A stretch of DNA of 63,226 bases, counting the filler, from Octopus bimaculoides (taxonomy: Eukaryota), in assembly GCF_001194135.2 (NCBI RefSeq). It is 7 parts of 7 records of this genome, joined end to end, with 100 filler letters (N's around TTAATTAATTAA, not from the genome) between each part and the next. Parts side by side here need not be neighbours in the genome. Positions count along the whole stretch, not along the records: positions 6,793 to 24,037 come from NC_068985.1; 6 more parts are not named here. One strand, 5' to 3'. A program made the translations under genes and the position numbers. Under the pieces are notes generated by a model that was given only the letters and a program-made list of their open reading frames with translations, made no database searches and was not told where the DNA came from. Shown one piece after another: positions 11,500-23,551 of the stretch; position 1 is the stretch's first letter; the number at the start of each line of letters is the position of its first letter.

Positions 11500-13735
11500 C
11501 ATAGAAAAGACGTACTCTCCCCAGAAACCTCGAGAAGATCAAATCTTTCCTCCTGCAATGTAACCCAGGAAATATTCTGATGATAGGTGACTTCAACCTA
11601 CCCTCTGTAGATTGGTTCACTAATATTGTTAGACCAAGAACCTTCACCTCAAGCTCAGACAAAGCAGCAGTGGAGTTACTTTTTAAATTTATGGATAATT
11701 TTTTCCTGTCACAACTCGTCCATGAACCAACCAGAAACAGCCAAAGTGTCTTGGACCTAGTCCTAAGTAACCATGCTAACACTGTTCATAACATCACAGT
11801 GGAAAGAACCCTCCTGTCCGATCATGACATCGTAGTCTGTAACCTCCATCTTCAGCATCCAAAAATTTGGCATAGATCACAAACTCCAATGCACCCATTT
11901 GATATGAATTTACACAAGCCAAACTAGAGTGAGATCACTGAAAACTTATTGCAAGTGGACTGGTCCTTCACCCTTGCCTCCTCCAATACCACAATGAACA
12001 CGAACGCATGGCAACGATTTGAGGACACAGGCACCCAGATATGCTCAAAACACATCCACACGACTCATAAATAACAGTAGATGCAGGATTCCAAAACAGA
12101 GAAATGTGCTCACCTGGAGAATAAAAAGAATAAACCGAAAAATCAACACTCTAAAATACCACCATCAGCATCACCCCCAATTGAGAAAATTAACAACCTT
12201 GGAATTAAAGAAACAACAACTGCAGGACGGTATGGGAACACTCATAAACGACAAAAGAGCTGCAGAAGAAGCTTGGGCTATTAAAAATATAATGAATAAT
12301 CCTAAGGTCTTTTACTCCTTTGCAAAAACACAGAGGACAACAGTTTCCTCTATTGGCCCACTGGTTGACGGAAACGGCATCCTTCACGGTAATGCCAAAA
12401 ACATGGCTGAGATCCCACAAAGTCAATACTGCTCTGTTTTCAGTGACCTTGATTCAATTGACTCAAGCAGCTTTGCTTCTTTGAATCCTTTGAGAACCTG
12501 TTGAGATCAAGAATAACAGCCTTCCTAGAACAAAATCATCTTCTAAATTGCAACCAGCATGGCTTTCGTAGTGGGAGGGACTGTCTAACACAGCTCTTCC
12601 ACCACTTTGGTGACATCTTAAATGAACCAAGTGAGGACTCCAACGCGGATGTCAAATACCTTGATTTCAGCAAGACCTTTGACAAAGTGGACACAATATA
12701 TCGTTAAGGGAACTATCCAACACTGAAGTAGGTATAAAGCTACTTCAACGGATTAGGTATTTCCTAAGAAACAGGACCCAGTATGTTGTGGTTCATGGCA
12801 TCCACTCCAGACCAGCAAAAGTCATCAGCGGAGTATCGCAGGGTACTCTGCTGGGTTCACTTCTTTTTATTGTCTGTATCAATGACATTGCAGATTCCAT
12901 TGAACATAACACCATTAAAATATTTGCAGATGACTCTAAACTCCAGAATGTCATTAAGGGAGCATGTGATCGAACGATGCTTCAAACGGACCTATGTGCA
13001 GTAAACCAGTGGGCACGAAAATACAATATGCAGTTGAACGAAGAAAAATTTGTGCTCATCCACTTTGGGAAAGAGGGCACACTCAAACAACTATATACGC
13101 TACGTCGGGAGACCTACTTGAACTGTTGGATAATATCAGAGACTTAGGTGTAGCTGTCGACAGCAACCTTAGCTGGAGTGTGCACATCAACAAAAAAGTC
13201 GATGTTGCTCGTAGAACGTGCTCATGGATCCTCAGAACTTTTCAATCTAGAGATCATGAAACCATCATCCTTCTCTTCTCCACATTCACTAGGCCCCACC
13301 TCGAGTACTGTTGCCCATTGTGATCCCCCTACAAAAAATAAGAAATAATGAGGATCGAAGCGCCACAAACAGCTGAAGCTCTATTCTCTGCAACACCACC
13401 GTGAGCGATACATTATTTGCACCATGTGGAAAATATTCCACAAATATTGTCCAAATGATATCGGTATTATGTTTACAATTCACCCAAGACTAGGCCCCCG
13501 TGCAATGCATCCCCTACAAATTAAAGTAAAAAATGACCTCACAAATTCCTCCAGGAAATACCGGATAAACCACCTACACCTGGATACGTCTCAACCAACA
13601 ACAACTCTCTTTTTGAGTGGTCCATGGTGTCCTGAAATAATTAATTAAAAGACTTTTCCAGGTGGTGCTATTGAGTTAGTCATGACCTGGGCCGATAAAG
13701 GTCGAAACCAATCTAAGTTATCTAAGTTATATATA
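11500..13735 (+). mobile_element. Decayed CR1-like LINE ORF2 (AP endonuclease C-terminus, RT, 3' end)
   Basis: ILMIGDFNLP; NQHGFRSGRDCLTQL; YLDFSKTFDKVD; SGVSQGTLLGSLLF; IKIFADDSKL; RDLGVAVDSNLSW; TRPHLEYCCPL; frameshifts, stops and deletions; (TCTAAGTTA)2 tail. Confidence 0.9.
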
Positions 13736-14813
13736 TAATTTCGTGTTGCATCTCATATATATATNNNNNNNNNNNNNNNNNNNNNNNNNNNNNNNNNNNN
13801 NNNNNNNNNNNNNNNNNNNNNNNNNNNNNNNNNNNNNNNNNNNNNNNNNNNATATATATGTATATATATAATCACTTCATGTACATTATATATATATATA
13901 TATACATCTTTGTATGTGTGTGCATGTATGTTTATAATGTGATGGTAGTTTTTCTAATTGTTTACTATATAGTTTGATCTTAACTAAAACGCCAGTGCCC
14001 ATTCAGTTAAGAAGAAAATATAGTTTTAAATTAACAATTCAAAATTATGCAACCCGGATTTCCGTGAATGCGAAATAACAAACCGTATTCCGAAATTAAT
14101 TTTCGTACTTGACTATTTTCATAAGCTCGAAATGCTGTAACCTGCGGTAACTGCACCACGGGGAATGCCTGCATTCATTAACAAAGTGATAATATTATTT
14201 ATATAATATCATAAATTTACTCTCAAGACAGTTCATGTTAACGAACAGTTATAGAGATGTTATTCAATATTCGTCGGACAAGGCTGAAAGAAAGTGTTTA
14301 GCTTGAGTTCTTTATTACTTGATGCCTGAAAGCATCACATTCTCTTTGGTATACGCATTTCTTATTTCTTTAAAGTTGGTATGGGGTGACTTAAGAAAGT
14401 GAAATTTTGGAAAAAACAATTAATTTTCAAGGCTTTGGTTGATATTTGTAACACGCCGGCCAACCACATTGCGGCCTGCCTCATTTTCTTTGTTGGTTCA
14501 ACAAGCATCCACGCATACGCACCATGTATTGTCTTTCTCATAATAGGAGAAGTGGTTTATTATATTTTTTTTTTAAAGGAAAGTTTGGAAAGAGTAATTT
14601 TTGAAAGATTTGGTTGTTATTTCAAGCATATCGAGCGACCACATTGAGGACTCCTTCATCGTGTTTGCTTGTGTGTCTATTTGTATTTATTTTTCTGTAT
14701 GTATGTATCAATCTGTCAGTCAATCTCTCTGCCTGGCTGTCAAATTCACTATTCATATGCATACATGCATACATATGCATACATGCATACATATGCATAC
14801 ATGCCACATACAT

Positions 14814-14858
<45 letters not shown>

Positions 14859-15064
14859 TAGACAGNNNNNNNNNNAGACAGACAGACAGATAGACAGACA
14901 GACAGATAGACAGACAGACAGATAGACAGACAGACATGATAAAATATAGGCTGTTAGATGTTTGTGTTTACAAACAAGACAGAAAGAAAATAAGTACAAG
15001 AATTCTGATTATTGGAAACGTGAAACGAGTAGCTTGTAACATATGTAATTAATACATAGGTACA

Positions 15065-15067
<3 letters not shown>

Positions 15068-15156
<89 letters not shown>
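15068..15156. repeat. (TG)n microsatellite, one of dozens
   Basis: Directly visible. Confidence 0.98.
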
Positions 15157-15159
<3 letters not shown>

Positions 15160-15273
15160 ATGCACATTTCGAGTGAGAGAGAGTGTGTGACTGTAATGTA
15201 ATTGTTAGGGTATGTGTGTGTGTGTGTACACACAACACATACATATATATATGTGTGTGTGTGCGTGTGTATA

Positions 15274-15448
15274 CGAGGGTTGATGTAAGGTTGTCGGCTT
15301 TAAGGCTGTCGTGAAAGGACCGGTTGAAGTGCCAATCTCCCGAGTTCTTTTACGGGACTTAAAAAAAATACTAAAGGACTGCTGCAGTAATTGTACGAAT
15401 TTGAGAGGGGAATACGTTGAATAAAATCATAACAAACTGATCCTCTTG
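15274..15448 (+). mobile_element. Short internally deleted mariner derivative
   Basis: TA|CGAGGG left end, CCTCTTG|TA right end; retains transposase C-terminus-like ...CTNLRGEYVE*. Confidence 0.55.
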
Positions 15449-15499
15449 TATATTCTTTTACCCAAAGTTAGGAATTTTCAAGACACGCAAACACACATA

Positions 15500-15553
15500 T
15501 TTACTCTTTTGTTACTTTCAGCTGAAGTACTGTGGCCATGCTGGGGCACTGCC
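15500..15553 (-). mobile_element. SINE family A 3' tail fragment
   Basis: Minus strand GGCAGTGCCCCAGCATGGCCACAG...AAAAGAGTAA matches the family A tail. Confidence 0.7.
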
Positions 15554-15564
15554 AACAAAAATAG

Positions 15565-15652
15565 AAAAATATGGGACGCTTCACGAATTTGCGTGTCATT
15601 CTTGCGCAGGGACCATGTTGATTTTCTCCGTATCGTTCCAATTTTATTATAT
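15565..15652 (-). pseudogene. U6: U6 snRNA pseudogene (5' stem-loop missing)
   Basis: Minus strand AAAATTGGAACGATACGGAGAAAATCAACATGGTCCCTGCGCAAGAATGACACGCAAATTCGTGAAGCGTCCCATATTTTT matches the U6 3' ~85 nt; ACAGAGA box and AGC triad are mutated. Confidence 0.93.
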
Positions 15653-15693
15653 ATATGCATATATATATATATATACAAACATGCATACATACA

Positions 15694-15728
<35 letters not shown>

Positions 15729-17309
15729 GTATATGAAGTGTGTGCGTGTGTGTGTGTGTTTGTGCGTATAAGTGGTTAAAACAAGACTAAATGCCAGTGT
15801 CGAGAGGCAGTGTTATGTCAGTTGTAATGAGAGAGAAAATTTGGTGATGGGCGAGGTTAGACTGGAATATCAGAACGGTTGTGACGTCATGACCGACATC
15901 ATTTTCTTTTCTTCTCTTTTTTTTTTTTTTTTACTAGTTTTGGTTCCTTCTCATCTTTCGCAACAAAACTGATGGTTCTTGTTGTTGAAAGCTGTGTATA
16001 TATCTGTGATGTCTATGACTTTTGTATATAGTTCTGCGATGGCTGCTTTCAGACGGACACCNNNNNNNNNNNNNNNNNNNNNNNNNNNNNNNNNNNNNNN
16101 NNNNNNNNNNNNNNNNNNNNNNNNNNNNNNNNNNNNNNNNNNNNNNNNNNNNNNNNNNNNNNNNNNNNNNNNNNNNNNNNNNNNNNNNNNNNNNNNNNNN
16201 NNNNNNNNNNNNNNNNNNNNNNNNNNNNNNNNNNNNNNNNNNNNNNNNNNNNNNNNNNNNNNNNNNNNNNNNNNNNNNNNNNNNNNNNNNNNNNNNNNNN
16301 NNNNNNNNNNNNNNNNNNNNNNNNNNNNNNNNNNNNNNNNNNNNNNNNNNNNNNNNNNNNNNNNNNNNNNNNNNNNNNNNNNNNNNNNNNNNNNNNNNNN
16401 NNNNNNNNNNNNNNNNNNNNNNNNNNNNNNNNNNNNNNNNNNNNNNNNNNNNNNNNNNNNNNNNNNNNNNNNNNNNNNNNNNNNNNNNNNNNNNNNNNNN
16501 NNNNNNNNNNNNNNNNNNNNNNNNNNNNNNNNNNNNNNNNNNNNNNNNNNNNNNNNNNNNNNNNNNNNNNNNNNNNNNNNNNNNNNNNNNNNNNNNNATA
16601 TATATATACACATATATATATATACATTTGTTCTTGAATGAGTACGTAATTACATATGCATACATACACACACAAATATATATATATATATATATATACA
16701 TAGTGGTATGTTATATAAACAATAAAGATCGTTGAAACTCCAGGTGTCTATACAATTACTACCTGCTGCATTTGCTAAAAATACCCAGTTGTAAAGTACT
16801 GTAGCTACAGTCTGCAGCAGTGGATGTCACTGGAACTTTTACTGTGTTAATACCGCGTTTAATATAGACTTTCATCGTAGCTTATTTACATATCCTACAA
16901 ATATATATATATATATATATATCTGTGTGTATGTGTGTGTGTTCTTTTGGAGGGAGGAAGAGTGGATCTCGAAGTAGATGATAAAGCTACAAATAATAGC
17001 GTGTAAATGTTGGGTTAAAAAAATCTTTTGGATAGAAAAATTAAAAGGTTGCCCGTTGAACTCAGACCCACGTCTCCTGGAAGCATGATAGGTGTTCTGC
17101 CATTGAATCAAAGCAACCATTTGAATTTCTCTATCCATTTTAGAAACTTTATTCATACCAATGATAATTGTATGTTGCTGACGTCACTAGAATTTATAAA
17201 GTTCTGGAGAACATGAAGTAATCCGTTTTTTGTTTTGGAATTATTTCATGTTCTCAAGAAGTGTATAAATTCATATGACGTCAACTGGGGGGAGTGCGTG
17301 TGTGTGAGT

Positions 17310-17350
<41 letters not shown>

Positions 17351-17737
17351 TGTGTGTGTTTTAGTATGTATACATATATTGTGTGGAGTCAAAATGTTTG
17401 CAATATTTTGGTAACTTACTTTATTTATCAATTCGCAATAGAAGCATCGTGTTGCACCGTCGTGTTGCACTGTCTGCTAGTTCTTTGATCCCACGCTAAT
17501 ACCAGTTCTTGTTCATCGAGGTGGAGAACTTTTTTACTGAAGCTTCCACTTCCTTTTAATTGATAAAGAGCTACGTACAACAAGAATCAAAACATTGAGG
17601 TGTGTATTTGTTCTTACTTTGTTTCTATACTCTCGAACGTGTACAAGGTTCTTCGCTATTGGGAGTCGTATAGGAGGTCGACCTTTCTTTGTACACTATG
17701 ACTGCAAACAACACACCTGCACTGAAGGACATAAGTG

Positions 17738-17788
17738 GACTACTAGATACTATATTTCGGCGTAATTCTCGCCTCTTCAGTAGTAGTC
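17738..17788 (-). ncRNA. Type I hammerhead ribozyme, canonical core
   Basis: GACTACTA-CTGAAGA-GGCG(AGAATTA)CGCC-GAAA-TA(TAG)TA-TC^TAGTAGTC; 8-bp helix I, 4-bp helix II, short helix III, AUC site. Confidence 0.9.
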
Positions 17789-17965
17789 ACCTCTTCGTCT
17801 TTAGAGCTGAGTAGAAACAACTCTCTTATCAGTTGAATTTAACAAGCAAAACGCCTGTTGATGTTTGTAATCATTTGCTACATCGAGCTTAAAATATTGC
17901 AATCACGCAGAATAGCGAAAATCAAAATATTGATACGCTACACTACACACACACCCACACCCGCG

Positions 17966-18009
<44 letters not shown>

Positions 18010-18216
18010 AACACACACAACACACACACACACAACACACACACACACACACACACACATGAGCACACACACACGAGCACGTACACAAACACGCATGCAC
18101 ACACATACACACAGAGTTCTGTTTCTGATTTGTAATTTGCTTTAATGACCACCAGGTGGATGAGAGTCGAAGTTCAGTCTGGGCAGATTATAATTTAAAC
18201 TATCAGAATAGTATAA

Positions 18217-18428
18217 TGCGGAGGTCTGGCAGTAGCAGTAGCATGCTGGACAAAATGATTAGCAGTATTTCGTGTCTTTATGTTCTGAGTTCAAATTCCG
18301 CTAAGGTCGACTTTGCCTTTAATCTCTTTGGGGTCGATAAAATAAGTATCAGTTGCGTACTTGGGTCGATGTAATCGACTTGCCCACTTCCGTGAAACTG
18401 CCGCTCTTATGCCAAAATCTGAAACTAA
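18217..18428 (+). mobile_element. SINE family B
   Basis: TTCTGAGTTCAAATTCCGC...GTCGACTTTGCCTTT...GGGGTCGATAAAATAAGTA core. Confidence 0.8.
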
Positions 18429-18445
18429 TGTAATGTATTATAATA

Positions 18446-18790
18446 CTCTTTATTCTTTTACTTGTTTTCAGTCATTTGACTGTGGCCATGCTGGAGCACC
18501 GCCTTTAGTCGAATCAAATCGACCCCCAGGACTTATTCTTTGTAAGTCTAGTACTTATTCTACTGGTTTCTTTTGCCGAACCGCTAAGTTACGGGGACGT
18601 AAACACACCAGCATCGGTTGTCAAGCGATGTTGGTGGGACAAACAGTCACACAAACATATACACACATACATACATATATATTCAGTCTACCAAATCCAC
18701 TCACTTGCCCAAGGTGCCACGCAGTGGGACTGAACCGGCAACCATGTGGTTGGTAAGCAAGCTACTTACCACACAGCCACTCCTACACCT
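18446..18790 (-). mobile_element. SINE family A with internal deletion
   Basis: Reverse complement of tail and head; the CACAAGGCTTTGG segment is missing. Confidence 0.85.
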
Positions 18791-18862
18791 ATGTATAATA
18801 CTGTGATGACATAATATATATTGGAGTCAACAATGCCATGGTTCATATTATTTGCTGAATGT

Positions 18863-19077
18863 ATTCTTTTTTACTCTTGGCACAAGGCCCGAAATTTTGG
18901 GGGAGGGGACCAATCAATTAGATAGATCCCAGTACGCAACTGGTACTTAATTTATCGACCCCGAAAGGATGAAAGGCTAAGTCGACCTCGGCGGAATTTG
19001 AACTCAGAACGCAAAGACAGACGAAATACTGCTAAGCATTTCGCCCGGCTTGCTAATGTTTCTGCCAGCTCGCCGCC
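18863..19077 (-). mobile_element. SINE family B, full length
   Basis: Reverse complement of family B head, core and tail. Confidence 0.85.
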
Positions 19078-19504
19078 GACGAGATATGACACATTACCTT
19101 CTCACTTATACGTCATAACAATAGTTTTAAAACCTATTTGAAATGTCAGTGTGAACGTGAATCGTTGAGACGGACATGATTCTTATTGTAGCTGTTGTTA
19201 ACGTCAAGTCTGATCAAACCAAGCAAAACGATATTCAAAGATACTCAGGCTAAGACTCTCCCTTTTATTTATTGTCAGTAATACAATATCTTGGTCCACG
19301 TCATATACAATGGATTCGTTTGAAAACGGTAATATATTTCGTTTCGGGAAGATTTTGCTCGTCTTTGTTGTAGGTCGAATGAATGTTTTGTGCATGTGCA
19401 TGTGAGCAAGTGCGTGTGCATATGACTGTGTGTGGTATACATGTAAAATCTGAGTGGAAGTACCTATACTTCATATTCTCTCATATGTTAACATAAGGTC
19501 AGCA

Positions 19505-19697
19505 TTTTGAGAGTAGGGGAAGCCGATTGCCGATTACATCGACCCAATACTCAAATGATACTTCTTTTATCGACTCTGAAAGAATGAAATATAAAGTCGA
19601 CTTCAGTATTTGACTCAGAATGTATAGAGAACGGAAGAACTGTGGTTAAGCATTTTGACCGACGTGCTAACGAGTCTACCAGTTAGCTTGCCTCGCC
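19505..19697 (-). mobile_element. SINE family B, diverged
   Basis: TTTTATCGAC...AAAGTCGAC...GACTCAGAA reverse core. Confidence 0.7.
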
Positions 19698-20201
19698 GAT
19701 ACTTAATATTGAAATATCAGTTTGGAGAAAGCAGTTTGCCCTGTAAACTTAGTTTCAATCAGCGCCTTCGTTAGGGCTATGTGGAATGAAGACATTTTCC
19801 TTGGTATATAAGTGGCTACGGTCACATGGAGAAGAAGATATTTGACAGTCATTCTTGTTTTGTTTCACTATTTGGGTGCAGTAAAATATCGTACCAGTAG
19901 CATAATGATTGCTCCGAGTTCCGATTGTAGAGGCAAGAGTGGGTAGAAGAGACCTTAGACACTCTATTGAAAAGTTGACAGCATCGCAAATGTCAACAAT
20001 GTCAACTAACCTATCTGGATTGGACTGGTGCCCGTTGCGTGATGCCGGACTTAATATCCTGCACGATACAGTCACTGGAGACCAGCGTGGTAAACTCAGA
20101 AGACGTTCGGAGTAATTAGAATTATGTAAGAGACTAGGATGAACTTCCATAGTATTTTAAGAGATGTTTGATGATTATTTTATATTAGCGTTTTGATTTT
20201 C

Positions 20202-20237
<36 letters not shown>

Positions 20238-20404
20238 ACATCACTCGCAGTGTAGCAGCTGACAGTTACCCCTGTCTGAAATAAAACATTTGCAAGCTAG
20301 GTTGCAAGGGCACCTCTATTAAGCACACCTTTCATGTTGGTAGAAAGATAAAATATTTCCTATCATCTCCAAACATAGGTTTCTTTCAGGCATGCTCTTA
20401 ACTC

Positions 20405-20650
20405 ATCAGCAGGTAACTGGCAGAGTTTGTCTGAAATCCCCAGAAAACAAGACTGTGACTCCACCAATAATGTTCATGCTTAGCGGCATTTTGCCCGTCT
20501 TTAACATCCTGAGTTCAAATTCCGCCAAGACTGATTTTGCCTTTCATCCTATCGGAGTCAATAAAATACGCACAAGTTGAGTTTTGGGGTCAATATAATC
20601 TACTTGCTTCTTACTCCCAAATTACTGGCTTTATGCTAAAATCTGGAACC
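20405..20650 (+). mobile_element. SINE family B, diverged
   Basis: CTGAGTTCAAATTCCGCC...TTTGCCTTTCATCC core. Confidence 0.7.
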
Positions 20651-20880
20651 CATTTATACAAATTTTAAATATGAAATAATAAAAATAGTTTTTATCTTCC
20701 ATAGTATGTGAAACTGCGTAGTAACTCTATGAAATTATGATTCTTAAATGAAGAATTTTCATAACACTATTTAAATACCAAGTAATTTTCCCCAGTATTC
20801 AAGATGCAGTCCCATTGCACAACCACATTACAGTTCCTTCATTTGTCTGCCCCACTTACCAATAATATATAAACTGTGTA

Positions 20881-21095
20881 AGGCGGCGAGCTGGCAGAAT
20901 CTTTAGCAAACAGGACGAAACGCTTAGTGGCATTTTGTCCGTCTTCACGTTCTGAATTCAAATTCCGCCGAGGTCGACTTTGCCTTTCTTCCTTTCGGGG
21001 TCGATAAAATAAGAACCAGTTGAGTACTAGCATCGATGCAATCGACTTACCCCTTCCCCGAAATTGCTGGCCATATACCAAAATTTGAAATCAAT
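20881..21095 (+). mobile_element. SINE family B, full length
   Basis: AGGCGGCGAGCTGGCAGAATC head, core, tail. Confidence 0.85.
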
Positions 21096-21220
21096 ATATA
21101 GACTGTGTTACAGTTTATACATTATAGTTATTGCAGTGTATATATTATGACATAATCCATATCGTATTTGTTACTGTGTTTATTTTATATTTGTTGGACT
21201 GCATATATTATAATAATTGG

Positions 21221-21425
21221 TTTCAAATTCCAGCATGCAGCCAGTAATTTCGGGGGGCGAGAGGCAACATCGGCTCCAGTGCTCAACCGGTGCTTATTTT
21301 ACCGACTCCGAAAAGATAACGACTAAAGTCGACTACGGCGGAATTTGAACTCGTAACTTAAATACGGATGAAATGCCGTTAAGCATTTGCCCGGCGTCTT
21401 AACATTCTGCCAGTTCGCCGCCTTA
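21221..21425 (-). mobile_element. SINE family B, inverted relative to 20881-21095
   Basis: Reverse complement of head and core. Confidence 0.8.
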
Positions 21426-21924
21426 TAGATATCATCATCGTCTCGGTCTATATATTACAGTTGTTACAGTCAATATATTTCTAGAAAAAGTAGAGATTTA
21501 TATTTTTGTTGCTATCTTCTCACCACCGCAGCCCCACTACATTTTTTTTTTACCTTTAATCCTATTCCTGATATCTCATCTAACATCTTATCTGCTTTTC
21601 TTTAATCTTTAAAGCTGCTTCGTCTTCTACTTCCTCTTGTTTTTATTACTGTTATTATTTTGTCGATTTTTTGGGGTGTTTTTTGGTCTTCTTGTGATAA
21701 TTGTTGTTGCTGTTCTTCTTCTTCCTCTTATTCTACTTCTTCGTTTTCTTCTCTGTTTTGATCTTCCTTTTCTTCAATTACAATGACGTCATTAGAAATC
21801 CATGCGATCGATAGATATATGTGGTTTCCTTTTTTGTCCTTATCAATTTATCAATTAAACTATGCTACTACTATTACTACTACTACTACTACTAGCAGCA
21901 GCAGCAGCAGCAGCAGCAGCAGCT

Positions 21925-21984
<60 letters not shown>

Positions 21985-22346
21985 CAGCTGTGTTCAGAAG
22001 AGATGATTTCATATTCCTTCCTACTCTTCTGCCATATTCTATTATTCTGGATGTTTAGTTCTGAGTCTATCTATCAATTATTCCTATTTCGGAATAAAAG
22101 AATAACGGAATGGGAATTTATTACTTTCTAACAGCAAATACTCATCTGTATGCATGGTTGTATATATATATATGCGAGTGTTATGTATCTATGTATGCAT
22201 GTATTTACGTACATATGTTTGCATTTATGTAAGAATGTATGTTAGGTAGGTACCATATAGATAGATAGATAGATACATACATACATACATACATACATAC
22301 ATACATACATACATACATACACATACACATATATATATATATATAT

Positions 22347-22388
<42 letters not shown>

Positions 22389-23099
22389 NNNNNNNNNNNN
22401 NNNNNNNNNNNNNNNNNNNNNNNNNNNNNNNNNNNNNNNNNNNNNNNNNNNNNNNNNNNNNNNNNNNNNNNNNNNNNNNNNNNNNNNNNNNNNNNNNNNN
22501 NNNNNNNNNNNNNNNNNNNNNNNNNNNNNNNNNNNNNNNNNNNNNNNNNNNNNNNNNNNNNNNNNNNNNNNNNNNNNNNNNNNNNNNNNNNNNNNNNNNN
22601 NNNNNNNNNNNNNNNNNNNNNNNNNNNNNNNNNNNNNNNNNNNNNNNNNNNNNNNNNNNNNNNNNNNNNNNNNNNNNNNNNNNNNNNNNNNNNNNNNNNN
22701 NNNNNNNNNNNNNNNNNNNNNNNNNNNNNNNNNNNNNNNNNNNNNNNNNNNNNNNNNNNNNNNNNNNNNNNNNNNNNNNNNNNNNNNNNNNNNNNNNNNN
22801 NNNNNNNNNNNNNNNNNNNNNNNNNNNNNNNNNNNNNNNNNNNNNNNNNNNNNNNNNNNNNNNNNNNNNNNNNNNNNNNNNNNNNNNNNNNNNNNNNNNN
22901 NNNNNNNNNNNNNNNNNNNNNNNNNNNNNNNNNNNNNNNNNNNNNNNNNNNNNNNNNNNNNNNNNNNNNNNNNNNNNNNNNNNNNNNNNNNNNNNNNNNN
23001 NNNNNNNNNNNNNNNNNNNNNNNNNNNNNNNNNNNNNNNNNNNNNNNNNNNNNNNNNNNNNNNNNNNNNNNNNNNNNNNNNTATATACCCTCCACACCC

Positions 23100-23400
23100 G
23101 GAACTCCTTCTCCCGCACTTCATTCAACCTTATATACTGCATCCGATGCAATCTACGCAAAGATCTATATGTTGGTTAGACGGGCCGTCGGCTAGCCGAC
23201 TGGTTCACGGAGCACCTTTGGGACGTTCGTCGGCGAAGGCATACCCCGTCGCCCGTCGTTTTTGTTTGGCCGGCCACCCCACCTCACACCTCACAGTCTT
23301 CAGCCTTACCCTACACCAAAGATCCACCAACACCAGACTTCGCCTTGAACTGCGCTACATTTTTTACTCTTCGAACTCAAACTCCATTTGAACTCGACAC
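23100..23400 (+). mobile_element. Penelope-like element GIY-YIG endonuclease, pseudogenised C-terminus
   Basis: NLIYCIRCNLRKDLYVG*TGRRLADWFTEHLWDV / PVARRFCLAGH...LTVFSL...TRLRLELRYIF / TLRTQTPFELD across frameshifts; typical PLE GIY-YIG layout. Confidence 0.85.
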
Positions 23401-23551
23401 GACCCTCTACTTCCAGTGACATGTTTCACACACCTTTAAAACATTTTTATTTTATTATCATTTGATTATTATTTTTAATTCTTATTCTTCAGTTTCTATC
23501 TATCACACACACTCCAATATGCATAAGTCAAAATAAGAGTTAAAACAACCC

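Noticed and set aside
14994-15040. CTGATTA..GGAAACGTGAAACGAGTA, resembling the 26.1-kb hammerhead
   Set aside because: G8 is mutated, helix II is unpaired and helix I is offset; too degraded to call
19755-20150. 131-aa and 68-aa ORFs in non-repetitive sequence
   Set aside because: No recognisable motif or splice support
20370-20412. Minus-strand CTGATGAG...GAAA
   Set aside because: No helix I or helix III
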